In this document: piece by piece, positions 27,627 to 40,873 of the stretch
Position numbering within the stretch: the stretch's first letter is position 1
Layout: the number at the start of each line of letters is the position of its first letter
Assembly: GCA_013265495.1 (NCBI GenBank)
Contig: MU058650.1
Location: forward strand, 151,394 to 215,393
Reading direction: 5' to 3'
Length of the DNA stretch: 64,000 nt
Origin: Vicugna vicugna
Lineage: Eukaryota
The notes under the pieces: generated by a model
Seen by the model: only the letters and a program-made list of their open reading frames with translations
Database searches by the model: none
What the model was told of the DNA's origin: nothing
Made by a program: the position numbers and the translations under genes

Positions 27627-28125
27627 AATTTTCTTTTTTAAAGTTTACTTTACAATTTTGGTTACAGTTTCATTATTGTTTTCTTAACAAGTCTACTGTT
27701 TAATCTCTCAGGACTGAAAAAACCAGTTATTAATATGATAAAGAATTAACAACAAAGGAATATCAAGGGAAGGGCACCACTGCCCCATTCGCTAGGGTAT
27801 AATAGCTATTCCAGTTTTATCACCGTGCTTCAAAACAAAATGAATTTTTATATTTTCTAAATGAAATCATGTACAACCACCATCTTCAGCTGAGCTTATC
27901 ACTTTCAAACACAAAGTTTCATTTTAAGCTTGGTAAAAACTTTTAACAGGAATGATGGCTGACCTTAGTATGTAGTGTGTACCTTACAGGCAATGTTTTT
28001 AACAATCACAACACAGTTATAATGCCATTAATGAAGTCCTCAATTTAGAATCTGGAACATTCTTCCATGAAGGGGGGGAGGGGGAAATTCAGTCCAATGA
28101 GTCTGTCTCAAGATCTTCATCTCTT

Positions 28126-28171
28126 TTTTTTTTTTTTAATGTGCTTTCTAACTGCATTTTTTTTTTTTTTT
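28126..28171 (-). mobile_element. Tiny retrotransposed insertion (polyA-19 nt-polyA) inside the retrocopy 3' UTR
   Basis: Perfect 16-bp direct repeat AAGATCTTCATCTCTT at 28110-28125 and 28172-28187 flanking two T runs. Confidence 0.85.
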
Positions 28172-28259
28172 AAGATCTTCATCTCTTGTTTGCTCCACTT
28201 GTATTCTCTTTTCAGTAACTGGATTAATGCTTTGAGCCCAAAATGAGATTTACTTTTTA

Positions 28260-28661
28260 TTACTGTAGATTACATGTTGTTTGGTGCTCAGTTTCCATTT
28301 GTTCCTCTTGCCTGCGTGTTTTATCTGCTGCGTCTTTCTCATGTTGGCCTTTCACCATCTTCCTTCTATGAGTAGTCTGAAAGTTTCTTCCACCTTTTCT
28401 CTTTTCACCTTGATCATCGCCCTCCTCTTCAGAATCAGAGGTTGAAGTAACCCCTGTTTTAGCTAAATTCTTCCTTTTTGATTCAACTTCTTTCTTCCCC
28501 TCTTTCTTATCTGGCTCTTTTCTTGGCTTATCTTCTTCCTTCTGGCCCTCTTCATCCTTTTTAGGCTGCTTTTTAGGTTGTTTTTCCTCTTGCCCCTTTT
28601 TCTTACTTCTGTCGTCTTCAGTAACCATGTCACTCTCTGAAGGACAGGGCTGTTTTACCAT
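28260..28661 (-). other. Residual open 133-codon frame of the PSIP1-p52 retrocopy (charged C-terminal region); translation unproven
   Basis: ORF track MVKQPCPSESD...HQTTCNLQ is colinear with LEDGF/p52 from about residue 199 to the end; ATG context AAAATGG. Confidence 0.5.
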
Positions 28662-28838
28662 TTTGGGTCGGTCTCTTGTTCTGGAATCTTGACTTCTGTA
28701 GCTGTTTTAGGACTCACTTTCAGATTAACAGATGCTGCTGTCGCCACTACTCTGGCCTCCTCGGTTTCTACCTATTTTTCTGCCTTTCTCTCTCTCCCTC
28801 TTCTGGCAGCTTTTGGAGTGGTTATGTCAATTGCTTTA

Positions 28839-29144
<306 letters not shown>

Positions 29145-29311
29145 TCAGGAACTTAATCTACTTGAGCTTGCCAACGAGGATAACCTTTCATCTTGGCGAA
29201 AATTAGGTCCCCAGGTTTGAAATCGCGAGTCATGTTTTGGGGGCGAGGCCGGGGGTCCGAAGCCCAGGAAGGAGATGCGGGGGGCGGACGGCGAGGGGAT
29301 GCAGGAGGGCG

Positions 29312-29347
29312 GACGGGAGCCCAGACGGGAGCCCAGACGGGAGCCCA
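29312..29347 (+). repeat. 12-bp tandem repeat GACGGGAGCCCA x3 in the retrocopy 5' UTR
   Basis: Three perfect units read directly. Confidence 0.95.
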
Positions 29348-29757
29348 GGTCCCCCGAGGGGCGGGAGGGGAAGGATGCCTTGCGGTGTCCCAACGCCCCT
29401 GCCGGGGCCGCGGGCGCGGAGGCTGCGGTGGCGGGCCAGCCGCCTCCGCCCGCGTCCACGCAAGCCACCTGTGCCACCAGCTGCCGCAGAGGCGTCTCAA
29501 CGGCCCCTATTACAAGCGCCGCCGCCGCCGCCGAATTTTCTTCTAATAGATCAATAACTTTATCTTTAATTTTGTATTAATTTGGTTTTTTTTTTACTTT
29601 CATGAATGATGTTAGACAGGTATCTAACATTTTATGCATTTATTTTTTTTCTGGACCTTAATTGACCAGAATTACATTAATTATAGTCCTTGGTTCATCA
29701 CATCTTTAAACATTGGCCCAAGCATTTTATGTGTACGTTTATTGTCTTTTAGTAATA

Positions 29758-29980
29758 CAGTTGACCCTAGAAAAACGTAGGTTTGAACTGCACAGGCCCA
29801 CTTAGGCACAGGTCCACTTCTTTGCAGATTTTTTTTCAGTAAGTGGTACTACAGTCTGTAAGATCCAGGGTTTGTTGAACCTGTGGATGCAGAACTCCAG
29901 ATACAGAGGGTCGGCTCTAAAGTTATATACAGATTTTTAGTAGCATGAGGGTCAGGCCGCTGACCCTCTCCGTGTTCAAA
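29758..29980 (+). mobile_element. Tigger2-derived MITE (MER8-like), right end eroded
   Basis: TA followed by terminal CAGTTGACCCT..GGTTTGAACTGCAC..CCACTT; internal GTTGAACCTGTGGATGCAGAAC. Confidence 0.8.
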
Positions 29981-30119
29981 CATGAGCACTTTCTGAATCA
30001 ACTCCCTCAACAAAAAGGGGATCTTGAAAATAACCTGTATCTTACTGCATGCCTTCTCCCACCATCGTTTGCCATAAGACAAACATTATTCCGAATTCTG
30101 AGTTCATCATTCTTTTTTA

Positions 30120-33100
30120 TTCTAGTATATTTTTAAAATTAATAAAGTATAAATTATAAACAATACAATCACACTTTTAAATGCACAAGCCAATGATTTT
30201 TGATAACTCATGTACTCAAATACTCATCTCCTCAATTAATCCAATTATAGACCATTTACAACTCTTCAGAGTTCCATAATGCCCTTTTGCAATTACACTC
30301 CCTCCTCACTGTCTGCTATAAGCAACCACTGATTTAATTGCTGTCAGATTATATTAGATGTGCATGCCCCCAAATATCACATAAATGGCTTCTTTCTCTC
30401 AGAGAACGTGAGATTCATCCATATTGTATGTAGCAGAAGTTTGTTCACTTATAATGCTGAATAATATTTTACTATATAAATATATATTTGAATAAATATT
30501 TTATTTAATATATATAGTATATGTTGTATAAATATATTATTTGTTGGACTTTTTTCCCATTTCAGGACTATTATGAATAAAACTGTTCTGAATAGTCACA
30601 TACCAGTGTATTTGTGGATGTATGTTTTCATTTCTCTTATGTAAATTTCAAGATGTAGCATTGCAGGATTACACACCAAGGGTATTATTTAACTTCATAA
30701 GGAACTGTCAAATAGTTTTCCAAGGTTATTATACTGTTTACTCTTATTAGTAATATGTGAGAGTTCTAGTTATTCTAAATCCCTGCCAACTCCTGGAATT
30801 GTTCTTCTTTTAAATTTTAGTCGTTCTTGTGGGTCAAAAGTGGTGTCTCACAGCAATTTTGCTTTCATTTTCAGATTGCTAATGATATTGAGCAATTTTT
30901 GTGTATGAACTCATTAACCATTTGTATACTTTCATTGGTGAAATGTTCATTATCTTTTGCATTCTGAATATTGGGGTTGTGTGTGTTCTTATTGACTTAC
31001 GAGAACTTTTTATATATATTTAGGTAAATGTGCAATGTCAGATTTTTAGGTTTCTATTTCCTCCTAGTCTTCAAGTTACGTTTTCACTTTCTTGAGAATG
31101 TCCTAAAAAGAGTATATGATTTGAATTTGATAAAGTACAGTTAATCAATTTTATCTTTTCTGTTTGATGCTTCAGGGAGGCTAGGAAATCTTTGCTTATC
31201 CCAAGCTATTGATTTTCTTCTTTGTTTTCTGTAAGTCTTCTATTTAGCTTTCATGTTTAGGTCAATAATTCATTTAAAATTTATTTTGCTTATTGTGAGG
31301 TAAATTATTTACAGTAAGTATATCCAGTTGCTCCAACTCCACTTGAAAAAACTGAACTACATTTTTCTCCTATTGAATTACATTGTCTCCAATGTTGAAA
31401 ATCAATCGGTCGTGTATTTGTGGACTCTATACTTTTCATGACTATTATTATTACAGTAATTTTTTTGATAACTGGGGCCTTTAAAATATGTCTTGGAAAA
31501 AAGTTAGTTTATGCTTTTCAACATTATTAATTTTTTTGAAAATTGTTTCAATCATTTGGGTACTTTGAATTTTTATACAAATTTTAGAATCCGCATACAG
31601 ATTACACATAAATATTGCTGAGACATGTAACTGAGATAGCATTTTATTTATAGTTCAAGTGGATATTCATCTTAATCGTGGATATTCAAATCTATTAATT
31701 AATTATAAATTTCCACTTATTTGGATTTTTTAAAAATTACTTTCAGCAATGTTTTGTATTTTTCAGTATACAGGTCTTCCACATGGTTTGTGAGCTTCGT
31801 CCCTAAGTATTTTATGTTCTTAATTCTGTGTGTATGTAATTTTGCTTCAATGTCTGGTTCTTCAATGCATCTATATAGAAATATAATTGATTTTTATATA
31901 TTGATCTCATTCCCTGTAGTCTTGTTAAACTCACTTATTATTTTGAAGTTTATTGATTTTCTACATATATGGTCATGTCATCTGCAAATAGAGTTTAATT
32001 CTTTCCAATCTGTATGCATTTAATTTCTTCTTGCCTTATTTTACTGGCTAGAACTGCTAGTTAAAGGCAGTGGTTGGGGGAAACATACTCTCATTCTTAA
32101 TCTTAGGAGGAAAACATTCAGTAGTTCAAATTTAATTATATCATTAACTGAAGATTTTTTTATGAATGCCCTTTATCTGTTTTAGGAAATTGCTTTCTAT
32201 TCCCAGTTTGTTGAATTTTTGTTTTATTCTCGGAAGAGGACTTGCATCTTGTTAAATGCATTCAGCTTCCACAGAAGATTATCACCAACTTTTTCTTTTT
32301 TAGTTTGTTATGATGAATTGCTTTGATTGATTTTTAAATTTTAAATTAACCTTGTACTAGCAAGAAAAAAACCTACTTAATCATGGTGTATAAACCTTTC
32401 TATATATTATATTGTTTAAACTTTTGCTTGAATTTTTGCATGTATGTTCATGAGGATTATTGGTCTGTAGATTTCTGTTCTTGTAATGCTTTTGGTCAGG
32501 TTTTGGTATCAGGGTAATGCTGGTTTTCTCAATTTTCTGGATGAGTTTCTTTAGAATTAGAATTTTTTAATGTCTACTAGAATTGACCAGAAAAACCATC
32601 ACAGCCTGATGTCTTCTTTGTGGAAAAAAATTTAACTACAAATTCAATTCCTTTAGTAGATAATAAGATCATCTACTTCAGCAGGAACTCCAGTTTTTTT
32701 GTTTTTTTCTCTTCAAGAATTTATCCATTGCACCTAAATTTGTTTAAATTACCAACACGAAATTATTAATGACATTCCCTTCATATCTTGTTTGCATTTA
32801 TAATAATGTCATTATGTTTTCCTGATGTTGGTAACATGCCTTCTCTCTTTTTTTTTTTATCTATGTGGACAAAGTTTACCACATATTAATCTTCTTAAAG
32901 ACATTGCATTTGTTGTCATTATTTTTTCTATTGTTTTTCTGTTTCATTGATTTCCAATTTGATCTTTACTGTTTTTTATCTTCTCCTTATTTTGTGTTTC
33001 ATTTGCTCTGTCTTTTCTGGTTTCTTGAGTTACAAGCTAAGGTCCTTGATTTAGACTTTCTTTCCCAATATAAGCACTTAGTGCTCTAAATTTTCCACCA

Positions 33101-34500
33101 GTTTCTACTTTAAGTGCATTACAAAAATCTGGTTAAGTTGTGTTCTCATTTTTGCTCGAGTAAAATTAGTTTTTAATCTTATTTTAGATTAATTTGTTGA
33201 CCTATGAGGCTTTAAAAAAAAAGTGTATTATTTAGTTCCTAGCTCTCTGGAAATTTTCCAAAGATCTTCCTATTATAGTTTTCTAATTTAATTCCCTTAT
33301 AGTCAGAATATATTTTGTTTGATGTGAATCCTTTTTAACCCAGAATGTGGTTTATGTTGATAAATGTTCTGAATTAGGTGGATGAAATGTTCTATAAACA
33401 TCATTTAGGTCGATTTTGTCATTTGTATTTTTCAAGTCCTCTATATTCTTATGATTTTCTGTCTACTTGATCTGTCAATTTTTGAGAAAAGGATATTGAA
33501 ATCTCTGACTTATTATGGAGTTACCTGTTATTTCTTGTAGTTCTATTAGTTTCTGTTTAATGTATTTTGAAGCTTTGTTATTAGGTACACAGGTTTATAG
33601 GATTCTTTGTTCTCCTGATGAGCTGACCACTTTATTTTTATAAAATAGATTTCTTTATCCCTGCTAATATTCTTGTTTCTGAAATTCACTTTATCTACTA
33701 ATATGTATAGCCACACCAGGTTTTTCCTAATGTGTTTTAATGTGGTGTGTTGGTTTCCTAAAAACTCTCTTACAAATTATTGCAAATGGTTTTAAACAAC
33801 AGAAATTTTCTCCTTAACTGTTCTAGAGGTCAGAAGTCCAAAATCAAGGCATCAGCAGGCTTTGTTCATCTGGAAGCGCTGAGGGGGAATCCATTCCACA
33901 TCTTTGTCCTTGCTTCTACTAGCTGTTGACAATTTTTAGCATTCCTTGGCTTGTAAACAAATCACTCTAATTTCTAAATCCCATCTTCACATGGTTTTTC
34001 CCTCTGTGTCTCTGTTTCTATGCTTATCTCTTATATTGGACTTATCGGATTTTAGTCTAAACTCAATCAAAGATGTTCTCATCTCAATATGCTTACCTTA
34101 ATTTATCTTCAAAGACCCTTATTCCAAATAAGGTCACATTCTGAAGCTCCAGATGGACGTAGCTTTTGGGTGCCACAGTTCACCTCACTACACTTGATAC
34201 ATCTTTTGCCTTCCTCTGACTTGTAACCTATTTGTAGGCTGCCTTATATTTATAGTGGGTCTTTGGTAAGCATCATATAATTGGGTCTTTTTGTCTAGTT
34301 TCACAATATCTGTCTTTTATGTAGAGATTTAGCACATTTATATTTTATGTAATTATTGATATTGTTAGTTTTAAATCCGTCCTCTTGCTAGTTGTTTTCT
34401 ATTTCCCCCATCTATTCTAGCTTCCCCTTTCTCTCATTTGCTTCCTTCTTTTGGAGTAATAAAATAAATTATTATTATATTTTTATCCTTTGATTTTGTT
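30120..34500 (-). mobile_element. Ancient L1 (3' UTR through ORF2 endonuclease region) interrupted by MLT1
   Basis: Antisense motifs GTCATGTCATCTGCAAAT (FADDM), TTTTGGTATCAGGGTAATGCTGG and GAAGCTTTGTTATTAGGTACAC. Confidence 0.8.
33746..34192 (-). mobile_element. MaLR LTR (MLT1B/C-like)
   Basis: AAACAACAGAAATT..GTTCTAGAGGTCAGAAGTCCAAAATCAAGG..CCAAATAAGGTCACATTCTGA; TG...CA ends. Confidence 0.85.
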
Positions 34501-36389
34501 TGTAAGTTTAGTTTTGCTTTTTTACTGTGAGAATTCTAAGTGAATTGATTTTAAGTTTCTGATTATATATATATATATGATAATATATAGAACTGAATAT
34601 AGAACTGAATAATACACCAGAATGGATTTCCTCAAAACCAAATAGTACTACACTAATTCTTAACATCTACCATGAGCAATGCACTGTTTTAGGTATTTTA
34701 CTCATAACAACTCATTTAATAGAACAACTCTATTAAGCATATGCTATTTTATAGATAAGAACATTCAGATAAAAGACGTTTAACTACTCTTCTTAAAGTA
34801 GCAAGTAAATAGTAGTATCTGGGACACAGAACTAAATACTCAGTATCAAGAGATCATATTCTTAACCAGAATGCTAGTAAAGCTTCCCAGTGTTTGACTT
34901 TGTTGTTCTGTTGACTTCTACATGGGCCTTGCGTGACAGTGAGGGGTTTTTCTTTGTCTTCTCTTTCACTTTCTCTTTCCTTTCTTTTCCTTAATTTTCT
35001 CTCACATCTGTTGACTTCATGGATGCCTTTATTTAGATGCTGACCCTAGTCCAAAATTAGGTACGACATTGTTGTTTAGGAAGCTTTCCTCTTTTGGAAT
35101 ATTATAAATCCAAGTTCTCATTCTGCATCAGCTTGATGCAAGTCCTGGCTGAACAGCTGTCTTTCTTCCTTCTCGTAACTCGTACAGAATCTTGATTAGA
35201 GGTCGTAGCACCAAGAAAAAAAATTATACGCCAAACTAGGCACAAAATTCATGACCCTGTGAGGCTGGCTCTGTTTATTTGTTATCTGCAGGTCACTTGG
35301 GGTCCTGGTTCCCTGATTCCCTGCAGGAATTGAACTCTTGACAACTTCTCCTGAATTCTGGTTCAGAAGTCATGCATGTATTTGTTTCAGCACCTTTTTA
35401 CCACTCTTTTTATTTGAAGGTTAGTTATTATCATATCCAATTTGGCAAATGTAGACACTGGGCCTCAAAATAGCTAAGCAGCTTTCCCAAGGTCTCCTCA
35501 TTAGTGCTAGTCAGAACTAGGCATTAAATTCATAACAGAACAACTCAAGAGTCTGTGTTCTCTCACTCCACCATACATCCTTCTAAGACACAGATAATAC
35601 ACATTTATCCTGTGGGCCAGTCCTCTGGAATACCATGACTTAATCTAACCCTTCAAGTTCAAGCATAACCTCATGTACTACCTGTGGAAAGATTGCTTTC
35701 TTCATTTGCTTTCATCCACAAGGAGAGCAGCGGTAGGTAGGTCTTTCAAATGAGAAGTATCTTGACATGATATGATTCAAATCAGGGTCAAAAACTGACA
35801 GTGTTGTGTACACATACATTTAGTGAAGGCAATGTGAATTTATTAAGCATCTGCCTGTAGAACAAGTTAGAAAAGTTTCATTATATTGGTGGGATCATCT
35901 TAGCAATAATATATGAAAAATATGACCCAGCCTTGTTAGTCTCCATACTAGCCCAGCAGGGATGTATTAAGAAAAAAATGAACCATATGGAGCATCTGTT
36001 TGGCCAGGCATCTTTTAAAGACTTTAACATTTGTTAATTTGCCTTGTTTTCTTTTAAAAAATTATGAGTTGGGTATTCTACTACATAATAGTTATCATTG
36101 AGAGAATATAGGCTCAAAGAGATTAAGTAATTTGTTCACTAACACCTGTCAACTAAGTAGAAAGCCAGGTATCTGGTCCCATATTAGATGCGTCCTCTTT
36201 TCTAGCAGCTAGATTGCCTTTGTCTGACGTCTTACCAGCACTTGGTGAAAGACGTCCACTTCAGGAGCAAGTATTTTTAGACTTACAAGTGTTTCTTTTA
36301 TCTTTAAAAAGGCCTACATTATTTACATTCGTATTAATATTCATTCTTCATTCTCGGACTAGGCACAAATAGAAGTTGCTCTGTAGCTG

Positions 36390-36800
36390 ATAAGGTTTCT
36401 CTCAGTGACCTTTCCCATGTGACACTTCTGTGGCCAACTGACCTATGACTACCATCACAAAAATGGAACATGACCTAAGCTGGGCCAATTACAGGTCTCT
36501 TCCCCCTGGACACAGTGAGTGGCTCAAGGGATAGGTGGATATACAGGCCACAAGCTCCTCCTTAGATATAAGATAGAGAGAAGACCTGTATCTCCTGAAC
36601 TCAGAGCAAATTAATATCATCTTATCAAGTGATGAAGAAAATTCACTTACAGTTGAAGAGAGCAAAGCTAGTAAGCTGAGAGGGGTATAAGTGTGTGATA
36701 AACAGTTTCCTAGTCTCTGGATCCAGACATTTCTAAAAACAAGCCTCCTCCTGCCTGTCCATTGTTGGGTTATACAAGTCAATAAAGTTTGCTAAAGCTC
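36390..36800 (+). mobile_element. Old MaLR LTR (MLT1J/K-like)
   Basis: CATGACCTAAGCTGGGCCAAT..GAGTGGCTCAAGGGATAGG..CTGGATCCAG..AAGTCAATAAAG. Confidence 0.55.
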
Positions 36801-38310
36801 TTCTAAGTTGAATTTATGCTCTTTGCTACCTGCAGTATCTTGCCTGATACAGCTTCTTCCCAAAGAGAACAACTTACAAATGAGAAATCATGGATCTTTT
36901 GCCCATGGAATTTTATGGTATTGTTCCCCCTGCCACGATCACAACATCCCCCAAAGAGTAGCAATGATAGAAGACATGGAAGTACTGTTTCTACTATGAC
37001 TGTCATAACTTCTACAGATTACATCAGAAAATACAAACTTCATACACTTGTCCTCTCTCCTCAAATTATACAAAGACTGAACTGCTTTGGAGTATGTGGG
37101 CATTTTCTAGATGGCACTGACAAAGACTGGGCAGAAATGAGAAGGAATAATGGATTTTCCCAGAATTAGCCATAGTGCCCTCACCAACATTTCTGGCTTA
37201 GGATGCTGGCATGGTTGGCAGGGGGACTTTTATCTGACTATTAAGAAATTCCATACATTAAAGTGCCAGAGACTGCTGATTGTGTTTTCCTTTTCCCCTT
37301 TAAAGAGAGATGCTTTTGATTTTATCTGCAAAAACTCATGAGGAACAACCCTAAGAGTGGAAGAGTTCTGCTTATGCCAAGACAGAAAACACCAAGTGCC
37401 TCTGTGGGGAAGACACCAGTGGTGAGCCTGAGGATGCGACAGTATCTCAGAGGTCATCCAAGGACTACCTTAAAGTGAGTAAAGGGGAAAATTCAGAATA
37501 TAAAAAACCCAGAAGTGGCCTATATCAATCAAGTTGCCTTGTTTCTCAAAGAGAAGTGGCCTGTTTATTTTTATGGCACCTCTTTCTCCCTTGAGATACA
37601 TCTACTTCATGTCTCATTCCTATCAAAGCTTTCTCTTTGAAATAGAAAGATTTTTCTTTTTGACATTTATTCAGTCTTAAATAATGTATTTATTATCAGC
37701 TTCCTCTCTGTCATGTACTGGCTATGCTTGGAATTGTCCATTCTTCCCTAGATTGGACAGGGAAGTTCACTCTTTAGCTCATTCTGTTCCCTGGACTCTT
37801 TCCCTTGCACTCCTGTAACCATCCTCACCGTCGTGGCCAAAGACTAGTTAATTGTCAAAGACAATGGACATTACTTACTATATCTTACTTAACATCACAG
37901 AGGAGATTAATCCCTCCCAAGAAATCTCTTTCTTGGCATCTGTGAATCTTCCTTGCTGTTGTATTTTGTAGTCATTCTTCAGACTTACCCCTTGGATTCT
38001 TAATTCTTTTCTAAACATTAATACTTTTCAAAAGTTTTTTTAGACTTTTTTCACATTAGTCTGTCCCTGAACTATTCTGTTCAGCTTAACTAAAAGCTGA
38101 TGATTCCAAAATACTCATATGAGTACCAGATCCATGTATCCAGCTGCCTAATGAGTATTCTTAATTTAAGGTTTCCAGCAGGAAAAAAAAAAAACTCAGC
38201 TTGTTCAAATGTAAACTAAACATTTCTTGCACTACTACAAATTTCTTCTTTGTTCTATATTTCTTACTTAAATTAATTACTGTACAAAATAATGCAAGAT
38301 TTTTAATTCT

Positions 38311-39175
38311 ATTTTATTGAAGTATAATCGATTTGCAATGTTTTGTTAGTCTCAGGTATACAGCAAATCAATTTAGTTATACATATACATATATATTCTT
38401 TTTCAGATTATTTTTCATTATAGGTTATTACAAGATATTGAATATAGTTCCCTGTGCTGTACAGTAGGACCTTGTTGTTTATCTATTTTATATATAGAAA
38501 TGTATATATGTTAATCCCAAACTCAGAATTTGTTCCTCTCTCCCCGTTTCCCTTTTGGTAACCATAAGTTTGTTTTCTATGTCTGTGACTCTATTTCTGG
38601 TTTGTAAGTAAGATAATTTATATCATTTTTTCAGATTCTACATATGAGATATTATATTTGTCTTTCTCTGTTTGACTTGCTTTACTTAATATGTAATGTC
38701 TGGGTTCATCTGTGTTGCTACAAAAGGCATTATTATATTCTTTTTTGTGGCTGGGTAATATCCTATTGTATATATATGTGTGTCTCTGTGTGTGTGTATG
38801 TGTATGTGTGTGTGCCACATTTTCTTTACCCATTCCTCTGTTGATGGACATTTAGCTGCTTCCATGCTTCTATGTCTTGGCTATTGTAAATAGTGATGGT
38901 ATAAATGTTGGGGTGCATGTATCTTTTCAAATTAGAGTTTTCCCCAGATATATGCCCAGGAGTGGGATGCTGGATAAAGGATAACTCTATTTTTCATTTT
39001 TTAAGGAACCCCCATCTCATTGTGATTCCTTCTTTATATCTTTAGTTGTAGAAGATCTTTTCTGTAGGTTCCAGTCTTTTCCATCAATGGTTGTTCTGCA
39101 GTTAATTGTGACTTACGTCTTAGTGAGGGAAGGTGAGCTCTGGCTCCTTCTACTCTGCCATCTTGGCTGCTCTCC
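38311..39175 (-). mobile_element. Internally deleted mini-L1: about 160 nt of 5' UTR fused to the last ~700 nt
   Basis: Minus strand begins GGAGAGCAGCCAAGATGGCAGAGTAGAAGG (L1 5' terminus), switches near 39012 to GGTTCCTTAAAAAATGAAAAATAGAG (end of ORF2), then a complete 3' UTR. Confidence 0.85.
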
Positions 39176-40824
39176 TTTTCATTCTCTATTATTTCCAACC
39201 TATTTATTCCTTTCAAGCTACTTTGTAAATAATCCTTGAATTGGTGCCCTCCTTTAAACTCCTGCTACTTTCCAGAACATATCTTCATTTCCATGCTTAA
39301 TTACTGTTGTAGCTTAATCATTTCCTGCCTCTAAACTGTCTTCTATTTTACTGCCAAGGTAAGCTTTCAAAAATGGAAACTGAGTCAGATTCCATTCCTT
39401 CTGGAAGTCTTCAGTGGTTGCCATTGTCTTTGGTATAATTCAAACCCTATAGTGTACTATTGAACATGCTTTATTGTTCAGTCCCCATCCAACTAGCCAG
39501 CTCCACCTCCCATTCTATCACTGTACCTTACACTTTGACAGTTGATGTTCTGGGACATTTTCAGGATTCTGTCCTTGAAGAAGGGAAAGAACAGCTGTTG
39601 CTTCTCACTACACACAATTTTGTTTTAAAGTGAAGAGCTCGGTTTATTTTCTAGGTGTGTTTTTTTATGAATCAAAATATCTTCCAAAATGTAATGGGTA
39701 TTGATTCTCAGAAATTCTCTGATTATCCAAATAGGTCTAGAAAAGTAATATCATAAACCAATACTATGTTATTCCAATTCTGTTGAAATGCATTAACAGG
39801 AAGTTAATGTGTATACTTTTAACAACATTTAGGCTATTTTAGTTGTATAAATTTACAAAATGTATTCTTCATCATCAACATCATCATGCACTTTAATAAA
39901 AGACAGAGATGAAATGCAATAGTTGGAGTAATAGGTCATGCTTATGGACACGTCTTGGTTAAATGTGTGTTGGGTTCATGGAAAAACTTACATGCAGAAG
40001 GGAACAATATGAAAACACATAGAGGTGCATATTTTATTTACAATTGTATAATTTTGAACTTAATAGTATAGTGTTTATATTTGAGAGTATCCTGAACTGG
40101 CTATTAGCAGCTAAAAATAAAGGCAAAGTACATTCATTATGTCATAAAAGCAAGTGAATTACACAAGATTTAAATGTTAAAAAATGATTTCTTGAATTTT
40201 AAACAAATGAGAATAACAGAATAAACAATATTATTATTAATAACAATACTCAAAATTAGGGAGCATTTCTCATATCCTAAGTACCTATATCCATTTAAAT
40301 CTCAAAATTTTCATAGATTAGGAAATGGACTTTTAGATAAGTGAAATTATATTCCAAAGATCCATGTAACTATAAGTTGCAAACCCAGGTTTTCCTTGGC
40401 TTCCCTATCACTATTTATAAGATAACTTAATTTTTTATTATTCACCTCCTGATGAATGTTGGAAAACCTCTATGGGTAAGAACAGAACAGATAAATGTGA
40501 GAAGTGAAAGTCAAGAAAAACGTTCCCAGTAGTGAGTGTTGAACTGCATATGCTGAATCGGTATGTGATCATTTCTGATAAGCCACTTTGAAACAAGGAC
40601 TATATCATCTGTAAGCAGAACCTATGTCATTTGCTTCTGTAGTTGTAAAGAAGTTTTAGCTGTGATGCAAATTATGTGTTAGAAGATAGAATACCTCAGT
40701 AACTAGATAAAAGCAGTTGTGCTAAAAAATACCCTTTTTTATAGCACAAATAATTGGTAGAGAAGTAGAAACTGATGAGAGATGGATCTCTGTTTCCCAT
40801 GTCTTTAGGAAGAGAATACTGGTT

Positions 40825-40873
40825 TTCAATTTCACAACATTGGATTCAATTCCACAACATTGGATTCAATTCC
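40825..40873 (+). repeat. 20-bp tandem duplication TTCAATTCCACAACATTGGA, about 2.4 units
   Basis: Read directly from sequence. Confidence 0.9.

Noticed and set aside
29145..29580. Six overlapping 77-117 aa ORFs on both strands
   Set aside because: Expected from stop-poor GC-rich PSIP1 5' UTR sequence; only the last 26 codons of 29153-29500 are real PSIP1 coding sequence
40825..40873. Short direct repeats as a CRISPR-like array
   Set aside because: Head-to-tail duplication without spacers in mammalian DNA
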